A stretch of 35,940 nucleotides of DNA. It comes from an uncultured delta proteobacterium (GTDB lineage Bacteria; Myxococcota; Myxococcia; Myxococcales; 40CM-4-68-19). The notes beneath the pieces were generated by a model, which searched no databases, was not told the origin of the DNA, and saw nothing but the letters and a program-made list of their open reading frames with translations. Positions 9,212-18,576 of this stretch are shown here, piece by piece. Position 1 is the first letter of the stretch. The number at the start of each line of letters is the position of its first letter. The position numbers and the translations under genes are program-made. Location of the stretch: positions 126,642 to 162,581 of the forward strand of contig CAIWCD010000003.1 in the NCBI GenBank assembly GCA_903911145.1, in the 5' to 3' direction.

Positions 9212-10219
9212 ATGATCAAGCCAACGATGGTCAGTCCTGCTCCGATTTTCCAGATGGCGACCGGATACTGGGCGTCGAGTGTTCTGCTGACCGCAAACCG
9301 GATTGGCCTGTTCAGCGCCATCGGGCCTGACGAGGTGACGGTTGCTGGATTGGCGGGCAAGCTCAAGCTCTCGCCGTATCCACTTGATCAGTTCCTCAAC
9401 ACGCTCGTCTCCCTCGGCTTCCTGGAGCGTAGGGGCGGCGGTTATGTGAACTCGGCACTCTCGAACACGTTTCTCGTTGAGGGAAAGCCCACGTATATGG
9501 GGGAGGCGCTCAAGTACAGCGACGACCTCTACCCGGTCTGGGGACGGCTCGAGGAGACGCTGCGTTTGGGGAAGCCTGCGCTCGCGCATGAAGCGATTCT
9601 TGGACAGGACCCGGAGAAGACGCGCCACTTCGTGCTCGGGATGCACAACCGCGCGCTCGGGATGGGGCAGTCGCTGGCGACGCAGCTCGACCTCGCTGGA
9701 CGCAGGAAACTGCTCGACGTGGGCGGAGGGCCGGCGACGTATTCGTGCCTGCTCGTAAAGCGGAACCCGGGATTGACGTCGCGGTCGATGGATCTGCCCG
9801 CGGTGGTGGCGATTGCGAAGACCATCGTCGAGGGATTTGGACTTGCGGGGCAGGTCGACGCGATTGAAGGGAACTATCACCAGGCCAGCTATCCTGCGGG
9901 AAACGATGTCGTGCTCTGTTCGGGCATGTTCCATCGCGAGACGGCGGAGTCGTGCCGCGAGATCCTGCGCAAATCCTTCGAGGCACTCGACACCGGCGGG
10001 CTGGTGATCGTGCACGACGTGATGGCGAACGGGGAGAAGACCGGACCTGCGTTCTCGATGCTCTTCGGGCTCAACATGGCGCTGACTGCGACGTACGGCA
10101 CCGTGCACTCGAGCGAGGAGATTGCGGGCTGGATGCAGGAAGTTGGATTCGTGAAAACCGAGTCGCAGCCGATGGCCCCGCCCTGGCCGGAAGCGCTCGT
10201 CCTCGGCCGCAAGCCGTAG
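9212..10219 (+). CDS. SAM-dependent O-methyltransferase (Methyltransf_2 type with N-terminal dimerisation domain)
   Basis: Start moved to ATG 9212 (GAGGAG upstream). N-terminal winged-helix-like GYWASSVLLTANRIGLF...LVSLGFL; SAM motif LLDVGGGPA; DLPAVV; GGLVIVHD. Confidence 0.9.
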   Translation: MIKPTMVSPAPIFQMATGYWASSVLLTANRIGLFSAIGPDEVTVAGLAGKLKLSPYPLDQFLNTLVSLGFLERRGGGYVNSALSNTFLVEGKPTYMGEALKYSDDLYPVWGRLEETLRLGKPALAHEAILGQDPEKTRHFVLGMHNRALGMGQSLATQLDLAGRRKLLDVGGGPATYSCLLVKRNPGLTSRSMDLPAVVAIAKTIVEGFGLAGQVDAIEGNYHQASYPAGNDVVLCSGMFHRETAESCREILRKSFEALDTGGLVIVHDVMANGEKTGPAFSMLFGLNMALTATYGTVHSSEEIAGWMQEVGFVKTESQPMAPPWPEALVLGRKP

Positions 10220-10276
10220 CGGACGCCGCGAGGCAGGAGCGCCAAGCAGGACAATAAAGCGAAGACGCCAGATTGC

Positions 10277-10383
10277 GCCCGAGGGGCGAGCGCCGAGCAG
10301 CGCAAGGAACGACGAGGAAGGCGTACCTGTTCGTACGGCGACGAGGAGCGACGCAGTGATGCGACAGCGATCGCCCCTCGGGC
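10277..10383. repeat. 107-bp palindromic element (REP/MITE-like) between convergent genes
   Basis: Terminal inverted repeats GCCCGAGGGGCGAGCGC (10277-10293) and GCGATCGCCCCTCGGGC (10367-10383), 16/17 match. Central CGTAC-n6-GTACG hairpin flanked by two copies of CGACGAGGA. Confidence 0.65.
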
Positions 10384-11616
10384 TCACCAGGTGCGGTCGA
10401 GATCGACTTCGAGCTGCATATACGCGCAGCCGCGGCACTGGAACTGATCGCTGATCTTCACGCCCAGCTCCTGGCGCAGCTTCCCGTACTCGAAGTTGAA
10501 CCGCTCGTAATACTCGCGCAGCGCGGGCAGTCGCTCGGGGTGGGTCATTCCCCAGATGGGCCAGTACATCGACCAGAGAGGGATGACGTCGTGGCGGATC
10601 AGCTCGCGTGCGCCCGAGAGCGCGTTGGCGATGGCCGCGTCGATCGACATCCCGCCGTGCTCGGGCTCGAGCTCCACGCCGCAGACCATCGCGGTGTAGA
10701 CGTTGCCGCGACCGAACAGCTTGCCGGCTGCGTAGAGGCTCTCGAGCCACTTCTCCCAGCCGATGTAGCGCTGCTTGCCGGGGCAGACCGTGGAGAAGAG
10801 CTGCTTGCCCCAGACCTCCAGGTTGAAGCAGGCGCCGTCGACGAGGTCCTCCTTCTTGAAGACCTCGAGCATCGGCGTCGGGATCGCGCCGGAGCCGAGC
10901 GAGAGATGCGCGCGGTGGCCGACGACTTTGCGCGCGGCGCGGGCCATCTCGAGGAAGCGATCGGCCTCGTCCTGCCAGTTCGTGAGCGAGCCGCCGACGA
11001 GATAGACGTGGCGCACCTTCTCGGTGTCGAGGGCCGCCGCGATGGTCTCCTGCATGCGCGTGAGCGTCAGCGGCTCGAGTGCGGTGCGGTCGATCTTCTG
11101 GCCCAGCGCGACCATGCGCTCGTCGGGACGCCCGTAGCCGCAGAACGTGCAGCGCATCGAGTTGCCGCTCTCGTCCTTGTTCGTGAAGTACTGGCAGCCC
11201 GGCGCGACGTTGATGACGAGCATGTCGCCAAGCGCTTCTGCGCCGGTCTTCGCCATCGACATGCCGTCGCTCGTCTGCATCTCGAGCCAGCGCGGCTTCT
11301 TGACGAAATCGATCGTGCGCATGGGCACACCGTCGCGGCAGAGCACGTGGCCGCGGCCGCCCTCGCCCGCTTCGATGTGCCAGGGCGACTTGAAGTTGCC
11401 CTTGATGCGGATGAGCGTGCCGTCCTCAAGGGTAAAGAGGTACGGAATTGCCGCTTTGCCGGTTCCCGTCGGATCCGGTTCTCCCTGCGCGAATCGATAC
11501 GGATAGAAATTCGGAGCCGACGTGGCCGCGGCGTCGCCGAGCGCCTTCGTGTAGCGCAGGCCATCGAACATGATGTCGGACTTGATGAAGGCGGTCTCGG
11601 GCAGCAGGCGTTGCAT
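10384..11616 (-). CDS. Radical SAM enzyme with extended CX14CX2C cluster motif
   Basis: C-QYFTNKDESGNSMR-C-TF-C; LVGGS (GGE-like position); NLEVW...VCPGK; MVCGVE; C-terminal CRGC; AGGAG RBS upstream. Confidence 0.85.
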   Translation of the reverse strand: MQRLLPETAFIKSDIMFDGLRYTKALGDAAATSAPNFYPYRFAQGEPDPTGTGKAAIPYLFTLEDGTLIRIKGNFKSPWHIEAGEGGRGHVLCRDGVPMRTIDFVKKPRWLEMQTSDGMSMAKTGAEALGDMLVINVAPGCQYFTNKDESGNSMRCTFCGYGRPDERMVALGQKIDRTALEPLTLTRMQETIAAALDTEKVRHVYLVGGSLTNWQDEADRFLEMARAARKVVGHRAHLSLGSGAIPTPMLEVFKKEDLVDGACFNLEVWGKQLFSTVCPGKQRYIGWEKWLESLYAAGKLFGRGNVYTAMVCGVELEPEHGGMSIDAAIANALSGARELIRHDVIPLWSMYWPIWGMTHPERLPALREYYERFNFEYGKLRQELGVKISDQFQCRGCAYMQLEVDLDRTW

Positions 11617-11638
11617 GGCGGCTCCTGTGGACGTCTCT

Positions 11639-12160
11639 CTAGCGTGCGGCGGACGGCGAGTACCATTGCGTGTCGGCGGGCTCTTTGACCTCGTTCAGCT
11701 CGAGCCAGAGGTTGTCAGGCCCGACGAAGACGGCGACGTCGTGCTTGAACTCGCCGGCGTCGATGCGCGCGCGCGTCAGAGGCGGCGCGATGTAGTCGGT
11801 CTCGAGGAAGGGACGCCCCGAGGACTGCACGGACTTCTGCGCCTGCCGGACCATCGCCGGGGTCATCGCGAATTTGGCGCCCTTGGCCTCGAGCTCAGCG
11901 ATGGCCGCGTCCATGTTGGCGACGCGCAGCCCGAGGTGCTGCCGGAACTGGCGCTCCTCGCCGAGGCCGGGAGGCAGCGGCATCGTCGGGTCCTCGCGGA
12001 AGATGATGGTGATCCCGCAAGCGACCATCCGCGTGAAGCGCTGGCCCGCCATGTTGCCGCGGAAGACCACCTTCGCGTCGAACATCTTGATCCAGAAATC
12101 CTCCTGCTCCTGCACATTGCGCGAGGGGAGGGACACTTCCATGAATGGGTAGTTCGTCAT
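11639..12160 (-). CDS. VOC (glyoxalase/bleomycin resistance/dioxygenase) family protein
   Basis: C-terminal part of ORF 11639..12430, whose upstream part overlaps eboC. Start at ATG 12160 or 12166. FWIKMFDAK, QHLGLRVANMDAAIAELEAKG and FVGPDNLWLELNE match the VOC fold pattern. Confidence 0.8.
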   Translation of the reverse strand: MTNYPFMEVSLPSRNVQEQEDFWIKMFDAKVVFRGNMAGQRFTRMVACGITIIFREDPTMPLPPGLGEERQFRQHLGLRVANMDAAIAELEAKGAKFAMTPAMVRQAQKSVQSSGRPFLETDYIAPPLTRARIDAGEFKHDVAVFVGPDNLWLELNEVKEPADTQWYSPSAAR

Positions 12161-12198
12161 CGGCATCTCAAAATCAGAAGGGACACGGGCCGAGCCTT

Positions 12199-12972
12199 CT
12201 AATCGCCACGGACCTGTGTTTGCAAAAGGCGCGTTGCCGCAGCGCCGAGAAGTCCCGCGAACAACCAGAGCGGGCTGACGAAGGCGGCCATCAACAGGCC
12301 GTCGACGACCGAGATACCGGCGAGCATCCATGGGATCGGCGGGATGCGGAAACTGCGTGGCGCGGCCTTCTCCCAGCGCGCGATGGCGGTGAGCGCGACG
12401 ATGTAGAGGAATTGCACGCTCGCCGCACATATAACCAGATGGTTATACGTTTCCGCGACGGCAAGAGCGGTGACGATGAAGACAAGGAAGCGGCACGAGG
12501 CCATCAGCAGGACCGTGAGCCAGCTTCTGCTGTGCAGTCGATCGTAGAGATAGATCACCGCGACGAGCAGCAGACCCGCGCCCACAGCGGATGGGCGGCT
12601 CATCGCGACGAGAATCAGCAAGCCGGAGATGAACAGGGCAACGGTGAACGCGGCGGCACCCGCGCGCGAGATGCGACCCGAGGGGATCGGGCGCCCGGGC
12701 TTCTTGACGCGATCCTCTTCGACGTCGAGAACATCATTGAGCGCCATGCCGCCGAGATAGAGCAGCGAGAGCGCGATCGCGGCGAGCAGCGCAGCCACCA
12801 CAACGCCACTCGAGTTGACTCGCGTCCCGTCGATTGACCCGGCCACGTTCGCAGACCGGCACAGCAGCGCGGCCGCGAGCACGTTGGTCCAGACCGTCGG
12901 CAGGTTGCTCGCGCGGCAGAGCTCGAGGTAGCTGCGCAGAGTTCCCTTCGGGCTATTCGTTGTATTTGGCAA
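12199..12972 (-). CDS. eboC: UbiA-family prenyltransferase, EboC-like
   Basis: LELCRASNLPTVWTNVLAA; Asp-rich LYLGGMALNDVLDVEEDRVKKPGRPIPSGR; YLYD; multiple TM helices; ebo context. TTG start. Confidence 0.85.
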   Translation of the reverse strand: MPNTTNSPKGTLRSYLELCRASNLPTVWTNVLAAALLCRSANVAGSIDGTRVNSSGVVVAALLAAIALSLLYLGGMALNDVLDVEEDRVKKPGRPIPSGRISRAGAAAFTVALFISGLLILVAMSRPSAVGAGLLLVAVIYLYDRLHSRSWLTVLLMASCRFLVFIVTALAVAETYNHLVICAASVQFLYIVALTAIARWEKAAPRSFRIPPIPWMLAGISVVDGLLMAAFVSPLWLFAGLLGAAATRLLQTQVRGD

Positions 12973-12995
12973 CTATTTCTCGAGGAGGACGCGAG

Positions 12996-14366
12996 CTAAT
13001 CCGCGAAGACGTGATCGAGCAGCAGCGAGAAGACGTCGGTCGAAGCGAGCGCGCTGGATTTCAGAAACTTCGGCTCGCTGGTGATGAAGATCGGGCCGTC
13101 CTCGTCGCGATCCGTAATGCGGCCGTGCGAGCCCTTCACGAGGCTCGCGTCGAGGGGGATGACGTCCATCAGGTAACGGAAGCCGAGGAGCTTCTTCGCC
13201 AGACTCCTCGCGATGCGCAGTTTGGGAAACGCGAGCGCGGGATCGAGGAAGAGCTCGCAGGGATCGTAACCGGGCTTGGCGTGGATGGCGACGGTGCGGG
13301 CGTAGTCGGGAGCGCGCGCGTCGTCGTTCCAGAAATAGTATGTGTACCAACTATCGGCCGACGCGAGCAGGACCAGTTCGCCTGCGCGCTCGTGGTCGAG
13401 GCCGAACTCGCGCTTGCCTCGTTCGTCGAGGACCCGCTCGATGCCAGGCACATTCTCAAAGAGCTTCTTCACGGCAGCCACGTCGTCCGGATTGCGCACG
13501 TAGACGTGGGCGAGTTGGTGATCGGAGACGGCGAACGCGCGGCTCAAGCCCGTGTCGAGATATTCGCGGCCGAGGTCGGTCTTCACGTTGAGCAGACCTG
13601 CGTCGCGAAGGATCCGATTCGGATGCACCGGGCGATTGACCTCGGTGATTCCGTACTCGGAGAGCACGACGACGCGCACGCCGCGCGCTTCGAAGAAATC
13701 GATGAGCGTCCCGCAGAGCTCATCAATTTCTTTCAGGTCCTTCGCGAGCTCTCCACGCGGCCCGACCTTCTGCAGGACGTAATCGAGATGCGGCAGATAG
13801 ACGAGCTGGAGCGTCGGCGAATAGCTCTCCTCGAGGGCCATCGCGCTCCTCGCGATCCAGTCGCTGCAGTCGATCGATGTCGCCGGGCCCCAGAATTTGA
13901 AGAGAGGGAATTGGCCGAGTTCGCGGTTGAAGCGCTCGCGCAACTCGGGCGGGTTCGAGTGGCAATCGGGGAGCTTCAGGCCGTCGGCGCAGTAGAGCGG
14001 ACGAGGCGTCACCGACCAGTCGACGTCGGTGTTCATGTTGAACCACCAGAAGCTGTTCGCGCAGGTGAACGCGGGGTCGCGGCGGCGCGCGGCCTGCCAG
14101 ATCTTCTCGCCCTGCACGAGGCGGTTCGACTGCTTCCAGAGCGCCACTTCGTCGACATCGCGGAAGTACCAGCCGTTGGCGACGACGCCGTGATCGCGCG
14201 GAAGCTTGCCGGTGAGGAATGTCGATTGCGCAGAGCAGGTGACGGCTGGCGTGATGGCGCGGATGTTCGCGCTGCGCGCCTTCGCGAACGCAGAGAGACG
14301 CGGCGTGTGGGGCCCGAGCAGCGACTGCGTGAGGCCGACGACGTTGAGAACGACCGTGCGCTTCAT
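12996..14366 (-). CDS. eboF: Alkaline phosphatase superfamily nucleotide pyrophosphatase/phosphodiesterase EboF
   Basis: Start ATG 14366 overlaps the eboE stop (ATGA). VVLNVVGL, PAVTCSAQSTFLTG, HGVVANGWYFR, YLPHLDY, LSEYGI, HAKPGYDPCELF, VKGSHG. Confidence 0.9.
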   Translation of the reverse strand: MKRTVVLNVVGLTQSLLGPHTPRLSAFAKARSANIRAITPAVTCSAQSTFLTGKLPRDHGVVANGWYFRDVDEVALWKQSNRLVQGEKIWQAARRRDPAFTCANSFWWFNMNTDVDWSVTPRPLYCADGLKLPDCHSNPPELRERFNRELGQFPLFKFWGPATSIDCSDWIARSAMALEESYSPTLQLVYLPHLDYVLQKVGPRGELAKDLKEIDELCGTLIDFFEARGVRVVVLSEYGITEVNRPVHPNRILRDAGLLNVKTDLGREYLDTGLSRAFAVSDHQLAHVYVRNPDDVAAVKKLFENVPGIERVLDERGKREFGLDHERAGELVLLASADSWYTYYFWNDDARAPDYARTVAIHAKPGYDPCELFLDPALAFPKLRIARSLAKKLLGFRYLMDVIPLDASLVKGSHGRITDRDEDGPIFITSEPKFLKSSALASTDVFSLLLDHVFAD

Positions 14367-15451
14367 CGCTGCGACCTCACCCATTGAAGTTCGCGGATCA
14401 CCGAGTCGGTGACCGTGGGCGCCTGCAGAGAAGGAGGCAGGACGCCGAAGCTGTAGGTCTCGACGACGAGCGGAACTTCGCGCGGAAGAACGCCGAGCAG
14501 CTCGAGCAGTTCGGGCTGGGTCGTGCGGCAATCGCCGAGCGCCGGCGCGAAGACGGGCACGTGAAAATGGACGCGCCACTCGTCGATGCCGGGGCCATCG
14601 ATCTTCGCGGCCAGCGCGATCGGGAGGTCGTCGAAGCGCACGAGCGATCCGTCGGTGCGACGACCCACGGTCTGGTGCAGGTAGACCGGCTCGGAGAACT
14701 TCTCGAGGCGCGCGAGCTCACCGCCAGGCACGCGCAAGGCGCACGTGACGTGCGCCTGCGCGATGCGGATATCTGCGTCCTGGAGCTTGCGCAGCGAGGC
14801 CGCGGGAGATTCGAACTCGACGGTCTGGTGGCAGCAGTCGAAGCAGATCCCGAGATGGCGCGCGAGATGCGGCGCGAGCTTGAGCGAGGCGAAGAAGTCG
14901 ATCACCTCGTCGGTCGTCTCGAGCATGCAGCCCGGCTCCGCCTCGAGCGCGAGAAGGATCTGCTTGCCTGTCTCCTGCGCGACGGCATCGATTGATTCGA
15001 GCGCGCGCACGACGTTCGCTCTCGCGCCAGCCCAGTCGCCCTTCTCCTTGAAGCCGAGCGGCACGGTGGAGATGACGCCCGTCGCGCCGAGGGGAAGCCA
15101 GGCTGCGAGGATGCGCGCGAGCTGCTGCGTGTAGACGACGCGTTCGGGATCGCGCCAGTCGGGCAGATAGGCCCGCTCCTTGACGCGCTCGCCGTGAAAC
15201 TGGCCGTAGGGGAAGCCGTTGATTGATTGCACAACACAACTATTTTCCGCGCACCAATCGATGAACGCGCTCGAGCCGCTCTGCGTGATCTCGCGCGCGG
15301 CCTGGCCCGAGAGCCAGATGCCGAGAGGAAATGGCGCGGCCTCACCCTTGAGCTTGAGCGCGTCGCGGATGCGCGGAACATTGGCCGCGATGCCCGCTTG
15401 AACCTCGGGCCAGCTGATGCCGGGGTGGATGTTGGTGCAGTAGGTGAGCAT
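14363..15451 (-). CDS. eboE: Metabolite traffic protein EboE (TIM-barrel, xylose isomerase-like)
   Basis: YCTNIHPG, NGFPYGQFH...VKE..Y.PDW, LEAEPGC, CFDCCH..VEFE, YLHQ, WRVHFHVP, VETY. Confidence 0.92.
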   Translation of the reverse strand: MLTYCTNIHPGISWPEVQAGIAANVPRIRDALKLKGEAAPFPLGIWLSGQAAREITQSGSSAFIDWCAENSCVVQSINGFPYGQFHGERVKERAYLPDWRDPERVVYTQQLARILAAWLPLGATGVISTVPLGFKEKGDWAGARANVVRALESIDAVAQETGKQILLALEAEPGCMLETTDEVIDFFASLKLAPHLARHLGICFDCCHQTVEFESPAASLRKLQDADIRIAQAHVTCALRVPGGELARLEKFSEPVYLHQTVGRRTDGSLVRFDDLPIALAAKIDGPGIDEWRVHFHVPVFAPALGDCRTTQPELLELLGVLPREVPLVVETYSFGVLPPSLQAPTVTDSVIRELQWVRSQR

Positions 15452-15466
15452 CGGGGCGCGGCGACT

Positions 15467-16669
15467 CTACCCGGTCGCGCGCTCTACGCCCGTCGGATTT
15501 GCGTCGCGCGAGGGCGGGCGCGCGCTTCGTTCGGCGAGCTGCGCGATGCAGCGGTGCATCAGCGGCAGATCGATCTCGTGCAGCTCCCGCTTGCGTCCGA
15601 GGCCGTCGGGAAGCGTGATGCACATCTCGCCGCCGAGATGTTCGCGGAAGGAGGCGAGCGCCTCCTCGATGTTCATCTTCAGCAGCGCCTCGTGGAAGAG
15701 CGTGAAGCCGATCCCCTCGAGCGTCTCGAAGAGCAGAGACAGTTCGGCCTGCGTGATGAGTCCCTTCGCGAACGCGTAGAGCGAGTCGAGAGCGCAGCCG
15801 ATCGCAACCGCCTCGCCGTGCCGCAGGGCACCGCTCGCATCCGCGCTGGTCATCTCTTCCAGGCAGTGTGCGGACCAGTGGCCGAAGTCGAGCGGACGCG
15901 CGCTTCCGGTCTCGAACGGATCGGCCGAGCCGACGTGCTCGATGTGCCGCTGCGCGCAGCGGACGATCATCTCCTCCATCGCGGCGGGCGCGAAGACCGC
16001 GAGGCTCTTTCGCTCGCGGTGCATCCACGTCAGGAACGGCGCGTCCTTGATGGTGGCGATCTTGATCGCTTCGGCGATGCCCGCCCGCTTGTCGCGCGGG
16101 GAGAGGGTGTCGAGAAACTTCGCGTCGTTCACCACCGCGAACGGCGGCGCGAAGGTGCCGAGAAAATTCTTCCGCCCGAAGGCATTGACGCTGTTCTTCA
16201 CGCCGATGCCCGCGTCGTTCTGGCCGAGCACCGTCGTCGGCATACGGATGAGCCGCACGCCGCGATGGGCGGTGGCCGCCGCGTAGCCGATCGCATCGAG
16301 CATCGCGCCGCCGCCGATGGCGAGGATGAACGACTGGCGATCGATCTTCTGCTCGACGACGAGCTGGTGCAGCGCGTGCACCTCGACTGGGTCGTTCTTG
16401 CAGATCTCTCCGCCGCGCACGATGAACGGCGTGCCCGACCAGAAGAACGTCTCTGCGTGCGCCTCTGCATAGGCCGCGAGCAGTGCCGCAAGGCCGGGCG
16501 TCGCGGCCGCGACATTCGAGTCGAGCGCGAGCAGGACGCGGTGCTGCTTCGCACCTGCGCTGCGAAGCACGTCGCGCAAAGTGAGGTTTTCGGGAGCGAA
16601 TGCGTCGCGAGTGAAGAGGACCGGAAACGAGTAACGCACGCTGAACTGCTGGCCGATCTCCCTCTGCAT
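15467..16669 (-). CDS. eboD: 3-dehydroquinate synthase-like sugar-phosphate cyclase EboD
   Basis: GGE..KN, IGGGAMLDAIGYAAATAHRG, PTT...DAGIGVKN, AEAIK, DFGHWSAH, HGEAVAIG; directly upstream of eboE. Confidence 0.9.
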   Translation of the reverse strand: MQREIGQQFSVRYSFPVLFTRDAFAPENLTLRDVLRSAGAKQHRVLLALDSNVAAATPGLAALLAAYAEAHAETFFWSGTPFIVRGGEICKNDPVEVHALHQLVVEQKIDRQSFILAIGGGAMLDAIGYAAATAHRGVRLIRMPTTVLGQNDAGIGVKNSVNAFGRKNFLGTFAPPFAVVNDAKFLDTLSPRDKRAGIAEAIKIATIKDAPFLTWMHRERKSLAVFAPAAMEEMIVRCAQRHIEHVGSADPFETGSARPLDFGHWSAHCLEEMTSADASGALRHGEAVAIGCALDSLYAFAKGLITQAELSLLFETLEGIGFTLFHEALLKMNIEEALASFREHLGGEMCITLPDGLGRKRELHEIDLPLMHRCIAQLAERSARPPSRDANPTGVERATG

Positions 16670-16676
16670 GGCGCGG

Positions 16677-16706
16677 ACCGTACCGTGCGCTTCTTTCGAG
16701 CGTCAA
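16677..16706 (-). promoter_or_regulatory. Putative sigma70-type promoter for a leaderless eboD transcript
   Basis: Minus strand TTGACG (16706-16701), 18 nt, TACGGT (16682-16677), 7 nt, ATG. No SD sequence. Confidence 0.4.
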
Positions 16707-16776
16707 CCAATGCTGGCAGCAGGTCTGCGACGACGGCGCCACTTGCGGAGAATCGCGATCGGCGCGAGGAGGACGC

Positions 16777-18570
16777 ATGGACAATCGTGCGTCACCGGAA
16801 GCTGCGCTGCCTGAGCTTGCACCGAAGAAGAGTTCGATCCAGGTCATCGCGCTACCGTTCGCCTTCTCTCTAGTGCTGGCGGCAATCGGCGCGCTGCCGC
16901 AGGTGCGCGAGAACGCCACGCAGTTCGCGTCGTTCCTGGTCGCAGCCGGCGCGATGTTCGTCTGGTCGGTGGCGCTGGCGATCTCGTCTTCGCAGCGAGG
17001 ACGTTCGCTCTCCGCGAAGTTTGTGCTGCGCGGCCCGCACTGGATGCAGCCGCTCGTACAGGGGTCGATCTACGTCTATTGGGGAATGCACTGGTCGCAG
17101 GTCGGCCGCTCGCTGCCGCTGATCGCGGCGCAGATCGTCTTCGCCTACGCGTTCGACATGCTGCTCGGCTGGTCGCTCGGCGACGAGTACGAACTGGGCT
17201 TCGGCCCCTGCCCGATCATCCTCAGCATGAACCTCTTCATGTGGTTCAAGCCCGACTGGTTCTACTGGCAGTTCGTCATGGTCGCGATGGGCTTCGCCGC
17301 CAAGCGCCTCATCCGCTGGCAGAAGGATGGCCGCCTCGCGCACATCTTCAATCCGTCGTCGCTCCCGCTCGCGATCGTCTCGATCGGGCTGCTGCTGACG
17401 GGCACGACTGAGCACACGTGGGGCCATGCGATCGCGAACACCATCGCCCAGCCGACGCGCATCTACGAGTTCCTCTTCCTGCTCGCCCTGCCCAGCCAGT
17501 TTGTCTTCGGCGTGGCGACGATGTCACTGCCCGCGGTGGTGGTCACGGTGCTGCTCAGCCAGGTCTATTTTCTCGCCACCGGCAGCCCCTACTTCTTCGC
17601 GCAGCTCCCGCTTGCGGACCTCCTCGGCATGCTGCTGCTCTTCACCGATCCCTCGACTGCGCCCAAGAGCGAGACGGGCCGGGTCATCTACGGAATGCTC
17701 TATGGCCTGAGCGTCTTCGTCCTCTACGGAATCCTCGACATCCTTCAGTTGCCGATCTTCTACGACAAGCTCCTCTTCGTCCCCTTCTTGAACCTCGGCG
17801 TGCGCGCGATCGATCGATGGGTCGCGAGTCCGCGAATGGCGCGCTTCGATGTCGCCCGCCTCGCGCCGCGCCTCATCGGGCGCAGTCGCAACGCCGCCGT
17901 GATTGGACTCTGGTCCGCTGCGTTCGTCGGGATGCTCGCGATGCACGCGGTCGGCGACGTGAACCAGGGGAACCGGCTGCCGTTCTGGGTCAAGGCCTGC
18001 GCGGAGCATCGACGCAATGCCTGCCGCAATCTCGCGACCATCGAGGGCGATCTCTGCGAGCACGGCTCGGGATGGGCTTGCAATGAGTACGGCATCGAAC
18101 TGACACCGTCGGTCGGCTCGACGCAGAACATCGACCCGAATCACGATCAGGCGAAGACGAGATTCAGCCGCTCGTGCGAACTCGGCATCCGTGCCGGATG
18201 CGCCAACGCGGCACTGGCAGCGCAGGACGCCAACTCGAGCGCGATGCAGCACGAGATGCCCGGCCCCGAGGAGTATGAGCACCTGATCGACAACCGCGGT
18301 CTGCCCGAGCAGCGGACCACGCTGCAGACGTGGCAGTGGGCCTGCGAGCAGGGATGGATCGATGCCTGCCGCAGAATCGAGGCGCTGACCGGCGCGGGAC
18401 CATCGGTGCAGCTCGGACGCTTGGGGAACGCGTGCAAGCGCGGAGATCTCACCGCCTGCCGCACGCTCGGGATGATGTACCAGCGCGGAGAAGGCGCGCC
18501 GCGGGACGAGAAGCGTGCGCTCGCATGCACGCTGGGCGTGATCGAGGGCTGCGTCGGAGAAGCGAAGTAG
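16777..18570 (+). CDS. UnbU/RnfD(NqrB)-like polytopic membrane protein fused to C-terminal Cys-rich Sel1-like repeats
   Basis: GAGGAGG RBS; many TM helices; AKRLIRW..DGR..HIFNPS and FTDPSTAP motifs. C-terminal ACRNLA, GWACNEYG, SCELG..GC, ACEQGW.DAC, ACKRGDLTACRTLGMMYQRGEG. Confidence 0.75.
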   Translation: MDNRASPEAALPELAPKKSSIQVIALPFAFSLVLAAIGALPQVRENATQFASFLVAAGAMFVWSVALAISSSQRGRSLSAKFVLRGPHWMQPLVQGSIYVYWGMHWSQVGRSLPLIAAQIVFAYAFDMLLGWSLGDEYELGFGPCPIILSMNLFMWFKPDWFYWQFVMVAMGFAAKRLIRWQKDGRLAHIFNPSSLPLAIVSIGLLLTGTTEHTWGHAIANTIAQPTRIYEFLFLLALPSQFVFGVATMSLPAVVVTVLLSQVYFLATGSPYFFAQLPLADLLGMLLLFTDPSTAPKSETGRVIYGMLYGLSVFVLYGILDILQLPIFYDKLLFVPFLNLGVRAIDRWVASPRMARFDVARLAPRLIGRSRNAAVIGLWSAAFVGMLAMHAVGDVNQGNRLPFWVKACAEHRRNACRNLATIEGDLCEHGSGWACNEYGIELTPSVGSTQNIDPNHDQAKTRFSRSCELGIRAGCANAALAAQDANSSAMQHEMPGPEEYEHLIDNRGLPEQRTTLQTWQWACEQGWIDACRRIEALTGAGPSVQLGRLGNACKRGDLTACRTLGMMYQRGEGAPRDEKRALACTLGVIEGCVGEAK

Positions 18571-18576
18571 TGAATC

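Noticed and set aside
12973..13350. Possible RiPP precursor for the radical SAM/P450 among short ORFs
   Set aside because: The short ORFs seen overlap eboF or other genes. No free-standing small ORF with an RBS, and no RRE or SPASM signature, was found.
15467..16669. Housekeeping aroB of the shikimate pathway
   Set aside because: The DFGHWSAH variant and the position directly before eboE/eboF indicate EboD; no aroK or aroC is adjacent.
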